Below, piece after piece: positions 24,585-37,197 of a stretch of 64,000 bases of DNA; position 1 is the stretch's first letter; each line of letters opens with the position of its first letter. The stretch comes from Plasmodiophora brassicae (taxonomy: Eukaryota). Location of the stretch: the NCBI GenBank assembly GCA_036867785.1, contig CP145427.1, positions 1 through 64,000 on the forward strand, written 5' to 3'. The translations under genes and the position numbers were made by a program. The notes below the pieces were generated by a model. The model was given only the letters and a program-made list of their open reading frames with translations. It did not search any database and was not told where the DNA came from.

Positions 24585-25156
24585 GACGGGCACGCGGGGC
24601 CCGGCTCAGTCCAAAATGACGGCAGCAGCCGGCCGTGCAGTCGGCAGTTCGCGACCGGACAGCGTGTGCCTAAATTTGGACGGGCCCACTGCCCCGGGTC
24701 GTTCTCGTCTCGGGTCCCCTTTTTCGGCCGATCCGTCGCCCCGGCCCGGATCGTATCTGCAGTTGCCCGGACCCCGCTGTCGTTCGGGACCGGTTCATGC
24801 GGCGCTGCTCGCGACTAACGCGCAGCACGGTCGCTGTCGTGCGGAGCGCCAGGTCTGTCTGAGACCCATGATGGGGTTGGCGAGAAACCCGGTTGGTTGG
24901 CGTAGCACCGTTGCTGGCGCAGCCCCCCGCCGCCGACGCGGCGCTGTTGTTGTCGTCCTGTAACTGTCGACGAGTGCGCGGCCGGCCGTTGTCGGGTCTG
25001 GATTTTCCGGAAGTTGTGGACCGCCTGGCCGGCCACTCGGCCACTCGGCCCACTGGTCGTATTTTCGCCAACGCCCAAGGTGCGTCGTTGGGATCCCCGT
25101 CCGACTCCCCGCCTGTCTCAGTCTGACGTGGCAGCACCCGGACAGACGCACCGGGG

Positions 25157-27236
25157 ATGTGGCGCGCCATCTTGCCCAGAACGGATGCGTGGCGCCTGGC
25201 GGCGGCGGGCGTCGGCGCCGTCACGCTCTGGGCGCACCATCGCCGACAGGCGGACGCATGCGGCATCGTCGCCTACGTCGGCAACGACGCCGCCGTCAAC
25301 TACCTGCTCGAGGGCCTGACCATCCTGCAGAACCGAGGCTACGACTCGTGCGGCGTCGCCACGCTGGGCGCCGCCGGCACGCACGACATCGTGACGACGA
25401 AATTCGCATCGAAAGGGACGACGTCGGATTCGATCGCGCTGCTGAAGAAGGAGGCGCCGTCGCGGCACACTGGCCACCATATCGGCGTCGCCCACACGCG
25501 CTGGGCGACGCACGGCGGCAAGACGGACGAGAACGCGCACCCGCACTCGGACAGCAAACGGCGCATCGCGCTGGTCCACAACGGCACCATCGAGAACAGC
25601 GGTAAGCTCAAGGAGGAGCTCCTCGCCAAGGGCATGACGTTCGACGGCCAGACGGACACGGTACGCGAGCAGGAGCTGCACTGCGGCGTTGTTGTACTTA
25701 GGCCAGTTTCGTAGGAAGTCATCGCCAAGCTGATCGGGTCGTACCTGGACGAGGGCTTGCCGCTGATGGATGCGGTCAAGACGGCGCTGGCGCGTCTCGA
25801 GGGGACGTACGGCCTGGCGATCATGTCGAAGGACCAGCCGGATCAGCTGATCGCGGCAAGGAACGGCTCGCCGCTCGTGATCGGCATCGGCAAGGACCAG
25901 ATGTTCGTCGCCAGCGAGCATACGGCGTTCGGCCGCCACACGAACGACTACATTTCGCTGAACGATGGCGAGATTGCGGTCGTCACCAGCAAGGACGTCG
26001 GGCTGGACAAGTCGCGCATGGAGCACTCCATCAAGGAGGACATCCTGTTGTCGCCCGACCCGTACCCGCACTGGACGATCCGGGAGATCATGGAGCAGCC
26101 GGAGGCCGTCGCCCGCGCCCTGAACTACGGCGGGCGCCTGTGCACCGGGTCCCGCGTCCGGCTGGGCGGCCTCGAAACCAACAAGGCCATGCTGATGAAC
26201 ATCCGGCACCTCGTCATCTCCGCCTGTGGCACCAGGTGCGTTCGCAGCGTGTGCGACCGTCCCTTGCTGCTTGCGTCCCGCTGATCGGTCTGCGTACAGT
26301 TTCTTTGCTGGGCAGTACGGCGCGGCGCTGATGCGATACGTGAACGCGTTCGACACGGTCAACGTGGTCGACGCCGCCGAGCTGAACCTGCCGTACCTGC
26401 CGCACCCGCACAAGTCGGCGGGCCTGCTCGTCATCTCGCAGTCGGGCGAGACGAAGGACGTGCACCGGGCCATCAAGCTGGCCGAGGACCAGGACATCCC
26501 GCGGTTCTCGGTCATCAACGCCGTCGGGTCGCTGATTGCCAGGACGACCCGGTGCGGCGTCTACGTGAACGCCGGCCGCGAGCACGCGGTCGCCTCGACG
26601 AAGGCGTTCGTGACGCAGGTCACCGTCCTGGCGCTGATCGCCGGGTGGTTCGCCCAGAACCGCGACAGTGGCGACAAGGCGCGCCCGAACTCGCTGCAGC
26701 GTCGCCAGGAGCTGGCCAACGCCCTGCACCGCCTGCCGACGTACGTGGGCATGACGCTGCACGGCCGGGACAACATCGCGGCGATCGCGCAGAAGATCAA
26801 GGACGCCAAGCACATCTTCGTGCTGGGGCGCGGGTTCGGCGAACCCATTGCGCAGGAGGGCGCCCTGAAGATCAAGGAGATCACGTACATCCACGCCGAG
26901 GGGTACTCAGGCGGCGCCTTGAAGCATGGCCCGTTCGCCCTGATCGAGAAGGGCACGCCGATCATCATGCTGATCCTGGACGACCAGAACGCGTCCTTCA
27001 TGCGGACGGCCGCCGAGGAAGTTCGCGCCCGCGGCGCCTACACGATCATCGTCACCGACAACCCGTCGTTGGCAGCCGACGTCGCCGATGAGGCCATCTT
27101 CATCCCGTCGAACGGCCCTCTGACTGCCCTGCTCAGCGTTGTCCCGCTGCAGGTCCTGGCGTACGAGCTCGCGATTGCGCGCGGCATCGACCCGGACAAG
27201 CCCAAGAACCTGGCCAAGGCCGTCACTGTCGACTGA
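25157..27236 (+). CDS. GFAT: Glutamine:fructose-6-phosphate amidotransferase (GFAT/GlmS) with a 34-aa N-terminal extension; 3 exons
   Basis: Motifs CGIVAY, LQNRGYDSCG, AHTRWATHG, NAHPH, HNGTIEN, ISQSGET, VASTKAF, EGALKIKE, LKHGP, PKNLAKAVTVD. Introns at 25661-25714 and 26236-26299. Confidence 0.97.
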
Positions 27237-27731
27237 CAGCCGGCCAGGATGCGATCCCAGCCCGGGGGCTATTGTATAACCAGCGCGCCACTGCCCTATC
27301 GAGTAATACAAGGCAGGCGGTCCCCTGTCGTCCGTCGAATGAAGCGCGGCGGGCTGCTGCGGCGTATGTTGTACGGCGGTACGTACCGGTCCGTGGGAGG
27401 CCGCGCTGCCCGGACTGCCGGCAACGGACATACGGAGATTTTGGTTCAGCCAGTGGCCACGTGGAAACATTGCGTGCGTGGTGGCGCAAAAATCTCCGCG
27501 GGGTTTGCTGGAGCGTGCGTCGGTTGGTGTCAAGGCGTGGCGCGCGCGCGTACGCAGAATCGCTAACGCCGCGCGCGGAGATCGGTCGCGTCCGTGCGAT
27601 TGTCCGAGAGTGTTCAGCGCGTGCGCGTCTCTGGAACGCCGGGACCGCACCCAGCCAGGCCCATCTGTACGGCCGCACCGAATCGTCGCATCCGTATCGT
27701 CGCCGTCGCGCGCCGTCGAACGTCCGCCCGG

Positions 27732-29107
27732 ATGGCCGACGACGACCAGGTCGGTGCGCATGCCGGGCCGCTGTCCGCTGCGTTTGCGAATCGCTTACAG
27801 CGCTCGCAGCAGCATCAGCAGCCGCACCACCACCACCACCACCACCACCACCATCCGCCATCGAATGATATCGATCAGGCGCCGTCACAGCAGCAGCAGC
27901 AGCAGCAGCCGCCGCAGCAGCAACCGGTCGTCCCATCGCCCGTCGTCGGCTTCTCGTTAGCGACGCCGAACGCGGGCCCGGAAGCCGCCCCGAACTATAT
28001 CAACTTCTCGCCGCTGTTCTCGTCGGCCAACCCGCCGCCCGTCAACCTGGCGGCACCGCAACCCCGCCCGGCCAACGGCGCCGCCGTCCGCCGGTCGCCG
28101 CGCCTGGCACCCGCCAATCCCACGCCGCTCAACGCCATCTTCTCGCCGTCTGCATTCTTCTCGGCTACGGCGCAGCGCCCGGGCACGACGCCCGACTACG
28201 CCGAGGTCATTGGTCGCGCGTCCGAACCCACCGGTCGGTGCCGCGCGTCTAAACGCTGTCCGTTCAGGTCCCGTTCGCGATCCCGCCGCAGCAGCACGAC
28301 GTGTCGGCGATTGGCCGGTATCAGCAGTTCATGCAGCAGCACCCGGAGGCGGGCGCCGACCTGCACGCCCTGGGCAGGAAGCGCTCCCGTCCGGACGAGG
28401 CCGACCTGATGATGATGCGGCAGCAGCAACAGCAGCAGCAGCAGCAGCGTGGGCCGCCGCCGCCCGTCATGCATCACCTGATGCCGCCCGGGCCGGAGCA
28501 GTGGACCGCCGACCCGGCCATGTTCGAGTCGTACTACCTGGACCAGCAGGCGGCGATGACGGGCGGGGCGCCCGCCGGCCCGTTCGGGTCCGGGGGCAAC
28601 CAGGAGATCCCGACGCAGCCGATCTTTGCCGGCGAGCCGCGCATGACGCCCAAGACGAAGGTGCCGGTCGGGGCCGGCGGCAGCAGCTGCCACCAGTGCA
28701 AGAACAGGCGCGAACCCAGCCAGCTGAACTTCTGCAAGAACCGCACGCGGACGGCGAACAGCCCGAAGAAGAAGGTACGTGTGAGAACGTGGGGAGGGGA
28801 GCGATGCCCGGCGGCCGGGTGCTGACGCGTCTCTGTGTGATGGCAGGTGTGCCGGAAGAAGTTCTGCGACCACTGCCTGCTCAAGTTCCGGTACCAGACG
28901 GCGCTGCGCGACAACAAGATGCTGAACGACTGGGAGTGCCCGTCCTGCGTCGGCATCTGCGTCTGCGCCGCCTGCAAGCGCAAGCAGGACCCGAACGCGG
29001 CCGCCCCGCAGGCCAGGGGGCAGGCGCGCCAGTCGCCGGCCATGTCGTTCGCTCAGAAGATCCTGTCCGACGCCGCCGCGTTCGGCAGCGGCGGCCACCC
29101 CGAATGA
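27732..29107 (+). CDS. zf-4CXXC_R1 (CDCA7-like) zinc-finger protein with a polyH/polyQ N-terminus
   Basis: SSCHQCKNRR...C...CRKKFCDHCLL...WECPSCVGICVCAACKRK. Two short introns near 28206-28268 and 28775-28846. Confidence 0.82.
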
Positions 29108-29372
29108 CGACGTCGTCGGTAGCGCGCTTGCTTGTATTATCGCGGGTCGCCCGATGCCTCCCTCCCTTGCCACGTCTCTCTATAAATACAGTTGCCCAGC
29201 ACAGGTTAGACATATCGTGGCCGGCGCCACGTTCGTCGGAAGACGCTCGCGGGGCGTGACTCACGCCCCGCGAACCAGGCGGCAGAGCTCTGGCGCAGCA
29301 CGCCCGTCAGAATTCACGTGCCCGACCTATAGGTGCACTGCTAGGACGCGCGCGGACGCGTTTACCCCAGGT

Positions 29373-31608
29373 ATGACATCGTCGTCGTCGCACACGTCGT
29401 GGACGGATCGGCTACGCAGCGTGTTTGTGTTGGCGGGCGGCGCCCTGGTCTTCGACCGGCTCCTGCTGGCGCTCGAGGAGACGCTGCACGCCACGCGCCT
29501 GCCGCCCGACGAGAACGTCGACGTCGTCATCGTGTTTGGCGCCGTCGACGACGATGATGACGCGAGGCGTGCACGCCGACGACTGCTGACCCGGGCGCTG
29601 CTCGAGGACACGCGCCTGATCGTGGAGCGCCTGGACGCGTCGTTCTGGAACCGCAAGGGCAGGGACGACGTCGTCGTGTACGGCGTGACGGCGTCGTTCC
29701 AGGCGCTGGTCGAGCACGCCGAGCAGATCGACATGAAGAAGGTGGCCCGGAAGACGGGCCGGCTGACCCGGTTCGAGGTCGCTCGCGGGCCGAAATTCGT
29801 CGGCTGGGCCGATGGCGACAGGTCGTTCTTCACGATGACGGAGCGACAGACGATCATCCTGGACATCCTCAAGCAGGTGCGGGGCGGCGACGACCACCGG
29901 CTCATGGCCGGCGCCCTGGACGACGGCACTGTGCAGCAGGTCGGTCAGGTGACCCTCCTCGGCGATGGCAGGGCCCGTGCTGACCTGAGTCAGGTGTTCC
30001 CCATGGCGGACGGCATCGAGGCGGGCGCCATCCTCAGGCGATGGTCGGCCCACCCGGGGCGGGACGTGCAACGCGTCGCCCGGTACTTTGGCACCGACAT
30101 CGCCTTCTCATTCGCCTGGCTGGCCGCCTACACGCGGTTCCTCGTCGCGCCCGCCCTGCTGGGCGTAAGCGATGACCGTCTCGCGTGCGTGGGCAGAACC
30201 CGACTGACCGACCATGGTACAGGTGATCGTGCACCTGGTCGGCAACGACGCCGCGGACGACGCCACGTCGGTCGCGTTCGCCGCTGCGATGCCGATCCTG
30301 GCCGCCGTCTTCCTGGAGCTGTGGAAGCGCCGGTCGGCCCGCCTGCAGTACGAGCTCGGCGTCCACGACCTGGTCAGCTTCGAGAAGCCGCGCCCGGGCT
30401 ACAACGCGACCGTCTGCCGCCCGCTGCCGTTCGTCGCGTTGCGGCCGGGCACGCGTCGCGTCCTGACGAGCGTCGCAACGTTCCCGGTCATGGTGTTGCT
30501 GCTGGCGGTGACGGCCGCCGCCATGTTCGCCTCGTTCGAGGCGAGTGACTACGTGCGGCGCGCCGCCCCGAACAGCCTCGTCGTCCACCTGCCGTCGATC
30601 GTGTTCGGCCTCGTCCTGTCCGCCCTGAACGCCCTCTTCGACAAAGGTAGGCGCACCGATTGGCACGTTGTGCACTGGCAGGTCGCTGACGCGGTGCATC
30701 CCCCAGTCGCCCGATGCATCACCGGATGGGAGAACCATCGCACCGAGTCGTCGTTCCGGACGGCGCTGCTGACGCGCCAGATCCTGCTCAAGTGCCTGTC
30801 GGCGTTCATGTCGCCGCTCTACCTCATGTTCTGGGTCCAGGACATTGGCCGCGTGCGCCAGCAGCTGGCCGCCCTGCTGATCACGTCGCAGCTGCAGGGC
30901 CAAGTGCAGGAGGTCGGCCTGCCCATCGTCATGGCCCTGTACCGGGCGGTGCGGTCGCAGAAGACCAGGGACGAGGTGCGCCGCGACCTGAACGCCCTGG
31001 CGAACGGCCCGCAGCAGCAGGCGGCGCAGCGGCGCGGCGCCGCCGGCCGCCGCATCCTGCCGAGCGTCGAGGCCGAATCGATCCGGGAGGTCTACGACGG
31101 CACCGCCGACGACTACGCCGAGATGGTGATCCAGTTCGGGTACGTGTTCGTCTTCGGGTGGTGCTGGCCGCTCGCGTCGCTGTGCGCGCTGCTGAACAAC
31201 GTCACCGAGAACCGCACCGACTGCTTCAAGCTCTGCGTCGTCATGCAGAAGCCGCGCCCGCGCCACGCCAGCGGCATCGGCGTCTGGCTGCACGCCCTGC
31301 AGGCGCTGAGCATCGGCGCTGTCCTCGTCAACACGGCGTACATGTTCCTGCATGTCTGCCGGGACGACGTGGCGCTGCTGCGCGGGTGGACAACGGTCCA
31401 GAAGATCGCCGCCGTCATCGCCCTGGAGCACGTCGTCATCGGCGCGCGCTTCCTCGTCGACTACGTCGTCGAGGACGTCCCCGAGGACGTCCGCCGGCGC
31501 ATGGCCGACGACCAGGTCGAGTACGCGCGCCAAATGACGAACGCGCTGCGCACGCCGCCCACGTCGTTCCGGCGCGCCCCGGCCCCACCGCATGCCAAAG
31601 CCGCCTGA
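29373..31608 (+). CDS. Anoctamin/TMEM16 family protein
   Basis: Motifs FFTMTERQ, VARYFGTDIAFSFAWL, FLELWKRR, WENHRT, DDYAEMVIQFGYVFVFG..WPLA..ALLNNVTENRTDCFKL, IGVW, LEH. Contains short introns. Confidence 0.92.
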
Positions 31609-32109
31609 GCCAAATGAATTACGCATGCGATCGCACGCCTGTCGTCAGTGGCCCGAGCGGTGGGCCCGCCACGAGGTGCCCCACCGTGAACGAAGGTTGC
31701 ATAGCTTTAGTCACGGATGTCCGGGACTGCGCCGGCAGTCCCCGGTCCGGCGGCGAACGACGACGTCGCCGAGTCCGCGTCACGGGCGGGCGGGCCACGG
31801 GTCACGGCCGGGTGCAGTTGGCGACTGCTGTCCACTGGCAACTGCACACGGCCGCCCTGCGCCGCCGCCGCCCGGGGCGGACCCAACCGCCACCATTGCA
31901 GGGGCGGGCCTCGGTTACGCTGCGGAGCGGGCGGGCGCGCGGTGGGCGGTCGCGCTGCCCCTGTGACGCTCCCTGCTCCCGAACAGGCGCTCCCGGGTGT
32001 CTGTCTGTGGCCGGCGGGCCGCGGGACCCCGCCGGCGCGTTGCACAGCGACGTGTCGTGCTGCGCGTACCCGTGGGCCTCCAGAGCGTCGTTGCATCGGC
32101 CGACTGCGC

Positions 32110-33183
32110 ATGCCGTGCGCGTTCCCATGGACGGGCGCGTCCTGCGACGCCACCATCGGCGAGCGCCTGGCGTCGACCTACTCGGCGTACGTCGTCCTGT
32201 ACTCGCTGCTGACCGTGGCGGTCGGCCTGCCCACGCTCGGCGCCGTCGCCTGGCAGTGCAGCCGTAGGGGGTCGCTGGCGACGCCCTCGCTGGACCGCCC
32301 CGACGCCCTGCTCGTCCGCGTCGCGTTCGCCCTGGTCGCCTTCCTCATCCAGACGCCCGACCCGCTCGGCTACTACGCCATCTTGCCCGTCGGCGCCCTG
32401 GAGCTCACGTCGGCGCTGACGTCGCTCGTCCTCGCCTCGGTCGCCCTGTCGCTCGTCTTCCGCGCGTACAGATCGCTGCTGCTGCTCTGCGACGACGGCC
32501 TGTCGCAGATCGCGGGCCTGACGCGCGCCTACACGATGACGCAGTACGCCGTCGTCGCCCTGTGGATCGCGTTCCCGGTGGCGCAGGTCTGCGCGTCGGC
32601 GTCCGCGTCGCCGATCCTGAAGCTGGCGCCGATCCTGGCCACCGTGGTCGTCCTCGTCGTCGCGCACGTGTCCGCGTCCGCCGCCGCCATCGTCGCCGTC
32701 CAGCGCATGACGCGGTCGGCGACGACGTCGTCGACCGTCAGCGCCGTGACCTGCCAGACGCGGATGCGGGCGCATCACGCCTGCCGCACCGTCTGCCTGT
32801 CGACGCTGGCCCTGCTGTGCCTGTTCGTCCCCGTGACGCTGGCGCGCGTCGTGACGATCGCCGGGCGCGGCGTCTACCCCGACCCGACGCTCCTGCCGCG
32901 CACGTTCGCCGACCTCGTCCTGCTCAGCCTGTTCCGCCTGATGAAGCTGCTGTTCGCCGCCGGCGTCGCCGCCTGGGCCATGCACAGGACGGCGGCCGGC
33001 GCGTTCGACGTCGGCGCGGGGCCCGGTGCGCGCCTGCACGCCCAGCAGACGACGTCCTACTTCCTCAGGAGCGCCAACGCCGACGTCACCGTCGCCATCG
33101 AGCTCGTCGATGCGCTCCGGTCACGGGTCGCCGTCGTCGAGGCCGGCGTCGACGGCAAGGCGGCATCGCTGCCCACCTTCTGA
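32110..33183 (+). CDS. Multi-pass (about 7TM, GPCR-like) membrane protein with a short Cys-containing N-terminus
   Basis: CAFPWTGASCD resembles an EGF-like tail and is followed by about seven hydrophobic segments with high GC3. The start is uncertain. Confidence 0.65.
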   Translation: MPCAFPWTGASCDATIGERLASTYSAYVVLYSLLTVAVGLPTLGAVAWQCSRRGSLATPSLDRPDALLVRVAFALVAFLIQTPDPLGYYAILPVGALELTSALTSLVLASVALSLVFRAYRSLLLLCDDGLSQIAGLTRAYTMTQYAVVALWIAFPVAQVCASASASPILKLAPILATVVVLVVAHVSASAAAIVAVQRMTRSATTSSTVSAVTCQTRMRAHHACRTVCLSTLALLCLFVPVTLARVVTIAGRGVYPDPTLLPRTFADLVLLSLFRLMKLLFAAGVAAWAMHRTAAGAFDVGAGPGARLHAQQTTSYFLRSANADVTVAIELVDALRSRVAVVEAGVDGKAASLPTF

Positions 33184-33301
33184 CCTCGCGTCACCACGAC
33201 ACGAACGCCGGCACCGCAATGTGTAAACTAAAACGCCACACAATGTACGACGACCTGCCGGGCGAGTATCGGCGCCCATTGTATTCGCGTGCTAACCTAC
33301 G

Positions 33302-36300
33302 TTATAACGCCGCCGCGTTGGCCGCCGCCACGCTGAACGGTTTCGGTTGCGGGAGCGCCTCGCCGAACGTGCACTCGGCTGCACAGACAGGCGGGTCAGT
33401 TGGCGCGTGTGCGCGTCCTGCCGCGCCCTGATCCGAACCTGTCTCCAGGGCGAGCGCCCGTCCGCGTAGCATCTCGCGCCGGTCCCGGTACGTCTTCGCC
33501 ATCCCGTACAGTGCGCCAAAGACGTCGCGGTCGCCAGGCCGGTGCGGTCGTGCCGGCGCCCGCTTGTCGGGTGTGGTGGGTGCCGGCGCCGGTGCTGCCG
33601 CGATGCTGGACGATAGGACGCCCTGTCGTTTGGCGCGCCGGACGACCTCGTTGCAGAACTGCGGGAACGTGATGGACGCGGGCGCGTCGGTGCCGCACGC
33701 GCCGATGACGGCGGCGACCAGGGGGCGCAGGTGCGCCGGCACCCGCGCGTCATCCAGGCGCAGGGCACTGGACGCGTCCACATGCCCGTCGTGGGCCAGC
33801 GCCGAGAACACCAACCGCAGCCGGTCGCGGACCGCCTTCTTGACCAGGCTGGCCGATTTCGACAGGATCGGCGGCGCTGGTGCCGGGTCGCGCGTGCGCG
33901 CCGCCCCCTGCGGCCGCTTCCACGACAGCTGGAACGCGACGAACTCGTCCGGCGAGCGGCACGGGCCGCCCGCCGATGCGACCGTCGGGCGGAACAGCGG
34001 CTTGCCGTCGTCGTCGACGGCCTCGTGCCGCTTCCGGAACGTCTCCAGCGCCTGCGCGCGCGTTCCGACCGTCAGTACGAGGGTGACGACGACGACGACG
34101 GCCGAGGTCGGCCAGGGCGCGCGACCCACCTGGTCCATGTACACCTTCGAGTTGTGCATGCGATCGATGAAGTCGCCGCTGACCGTATCGGCGGGCGCCG
34201 GCTTCTTGACGATGGTGGCGTTCGAGTCCACTGACAGGCGCTTCCGCTCGACGCCGTCGCGGTACAGCCGTTCGTGGACGGCGACGCCGTTGTCGTCTTG
34301 GACGACGACGGCGCTGTCGGCCGGCGGCTTGGCCGCCACCTCCGGGCGGAACGTGCACGGTTCCATCTCGCGTCGTTCGCGCTCCTCCATGTACATGACC
34401 ATGCGGCGCTGCGTCTGCGGCGACGTCCGCGATTCGCTAAACGACGACCCGCGGCGGTGGTGCCGCGCGATCAGCTGCGTCGTCGACGGGTCCAGCTGCG
34501 GACGGAAGGTCATGTCGCCGGCGCCGCCCGCCTCCGTCTCCTCCTGCATCTTCATCGACCGCTGCCGGCGCAGGTCCAGGAACCGAATGCCGTCCTCGTA
34601 CAGCCTGTCGCAGATCACGCTGCTGGTCGACGATGTCCGGCTGTGCTGCGCGGGACTGCGCCGCGGCGGCGCTGTCGGCGGTGCACCTCGTGAACTGCGC
34701 CTGTGTGTGCGCGCGGTGCGGCGGGGCGCTCCCGTCAGTGACGACCTCCACCTCGCGTGTCGTCCGGGCGTTACCTCAGCGCGTACAGCTTGTCGAAGAC
34801 GGTGGCGGGGCCCGTCCGCTTCTTGCGAGGCGGTCGAGGCGTGGAGGCTGCCGCCTCGATCGAGACGATCGTCGTCTGCGGCGCCTGCGACGATGGGTCC
34901 GCGCGCAGCGAGGTCGCAATGTGATCCAGCAGCCGGCGCCGGCACGATTCCGTCTGCGACAGGCCGTGGCGATCGGCGAAACGCAGAACGGCGCCGGTTC
35001 TGTGCTGCGCGCCGACGCCGTCTTTGCCGTCGTCCGCATCGTCAACCAGGCTGGCTTGGTAGACTGGCGACTTGGCTAGACCGGACACCTCCTGGCGTAC
35101 CATCTTGTGCAGGACGCGGTCCATCAGCCGGCGTTGCTGGACAGTGGACAGCACGTGCCGCCGCGAGAACTCATGCACCTGGTGCCGGGGTCGCGTTAAC
35201 GGATTCATACAACACACTGCCCGCCTTCGGGGTCACCTTGTCGACAACGTCGTCGCCCGCATAGAGCTCGAACCGCTGCACGGCCGTTCGCCTGCCGTCA
35301 ATGTCGACCTTGATGACCAGGCATGGCGCTCGGTCGGTCTCCTCGGCGGCCTGGACGTCGTCGGGCGTCTCCGGGGACCTGACCGGGTGAGCCGGCTGTC
35401 GGCTCTGGTGGATTTGCTCGAGGAGGCGTCGCCGTTGGTCGCCCTGCGCGGACAGCTGTCGATGATCGCAGAACGCCAGGACCTTGTCGACGTTCAGCAT
35501 GGCCATCAGGTCGTCGTCGCACAGCAGGTCGTCGACGGGGGCATCGCCGGGCGTCGCATCAATCGCAATCGTGTACTCGGTGACCGGGACCGGCCCGGGC
35601 GACGACGCCAGGCGCTCCATGTTCACGAACAGGGCCGCGAACAGGTGCCGACGTTGGGCGACCGACAACCCGTGCTCAATGACGAACGCCTCCGTCTTCT
35701 CGATGACGCCATCGGCGGCGCGCAGCTCGATGCGCCCCAGAGGCGCATCCGCCAACGTGACCGCCACGTTGACGGATGGGGTCGCCGTCGGCGTCGTCGT
35801 CTCGTTGAGACGGACGGTCTCGGTGATCGTACCGTCGATGTGGTCCAGGACGTGGTCCAGCAGCATCTTCCGCTTGGTGTCGCTTAGGTTGTGCTGGTTG
35901 GCGAAGTGGTCGACCTGCCCACCGATGCACTTAGGCGAGACGCGCACGACGCGGAGCAGTGCTTCGAACCTTCGCGATGGGATCGTCCCCAGACATCACT
36001 GTCAGCATCGTGTCACGGCTGCCGCTTGCGCTGTCGACCCGGACGTGCACGACGAGGCCATCGCTGGCCTGCGGAGGTGGTTCCTGGGTCCCTTCGGCGG
36101 CTTTGGCGCTGGGTGGCTCCCAGTCGTCGACATCGACGTCGTCGTCGGTAATCGACGAGGTGCCGACTGAATCGTCGTAGCGAAGTGGGAATTCGCGGTA
36201 GCTGCTGTTGGTGTCTCGGTTCCCACGAAGCAGGCGGGCGGCGTTTGTGTTCGGGGTCATGGCGCGCGTCAACGCCGACGTGATCCGCTCGGCAAGAGCG

Positions 36301-36449
36301 GCGACCAGCGACTTGTCCTGCTTGTGCTCGCGTAGGAAGTCCATGGCCTGCGCGACGGAAGACACGCCGGGCCGGGCGTGCAAGATGGCCACCTTGCCAT
36401 TCGGCAGGTCCACACGAATACGGACGGGCCGGGGCGCGTCAGACGCCAT
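33302..36449 (-). CDS. Hypothetical multi-exon protein with repeated (C)TFRP and (E/D)RLY motifs and an EF-hand-like tail
   Basis: ORFs 35931-36449, 35171-35947, 34771-35217 and 33302-34945 are collinear on the minus strand with splice-like junctions. Repeats include MTFRPQL, CTFRPEV, LFRPTV, DRLY, ERLY and DKLY. Confidence 0.65.
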
Positions 36450-37197
36450 CCGGCGACCTAGCGGTTTACAGGTGACGGAATGGTCGACGAGTACCCGATG
36501 ACGATCGCCCGCAGGAATACATCAGCGCGATTCGGGATACCTAACGCGATCGTGTCGTACTAGTCTTTAATGACGCGCGTATAATAGGTACAATTCGCTT
36601 AGCTCCAGCTCAGCTTTGGCCAGGGTACCTAAGGCATCTGCAACTTGCACAACCCAGACGGGGAGCTGACAGCATCAGGTTCGGGATGTCATACTGAACA
36701 GGGCGGCGTTGATGAATTTGGTTAGGAGCGATGCTACGGTCCAGGTGCATATATGAGCATCGGAGCCAGCTCGTCGATTGCCGCCGCCGGTTACATATTC
36801 TGAAACCGGGAAACGCTTGCCCATGCCGTACAGCCGTGAATACAATTCCGATTAATGGCCGTGTGTCCAAAGCCAAGAGCCCAGGCAGATTGCCTCTCGA
36901 TGTAAAGGGCCTGCAGTCGTCGTTTTGACGGGTCCTGTAATTAGCGTTCCGCGTGAAGATAAGCCGCGTGTGGTATGTCAGGATTCCACGGGCCTCCATC
37001 CAGCGTACTCCGCAACTGCCGGTGTGCGACTCTGACCAACCGCTTGTCAAGTCACGCAGTTTGCGGGCGTGGTCCGAGACGCAGTCCGCAATGTCGCTGT
37101 CGGGAGGCGCAGCTACCGCAGTCCGGCGGAGGACCCATTCGATTATTGGAACGTTTGCGTGGACAGGCCTCGAAGAACGCGAAGGACACCGACCGGA

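Noticed and set aside
14565-35887. Many long antisense or alternate-frame ORFs (e.g. 14917-16584, 25118-26518, 30034-31626, 33564-35264)
   Set aside because: These are shadows of high-GC3 genes on the other strand or frame, with Arg/Pro/Ala-rich translations and no motifs.
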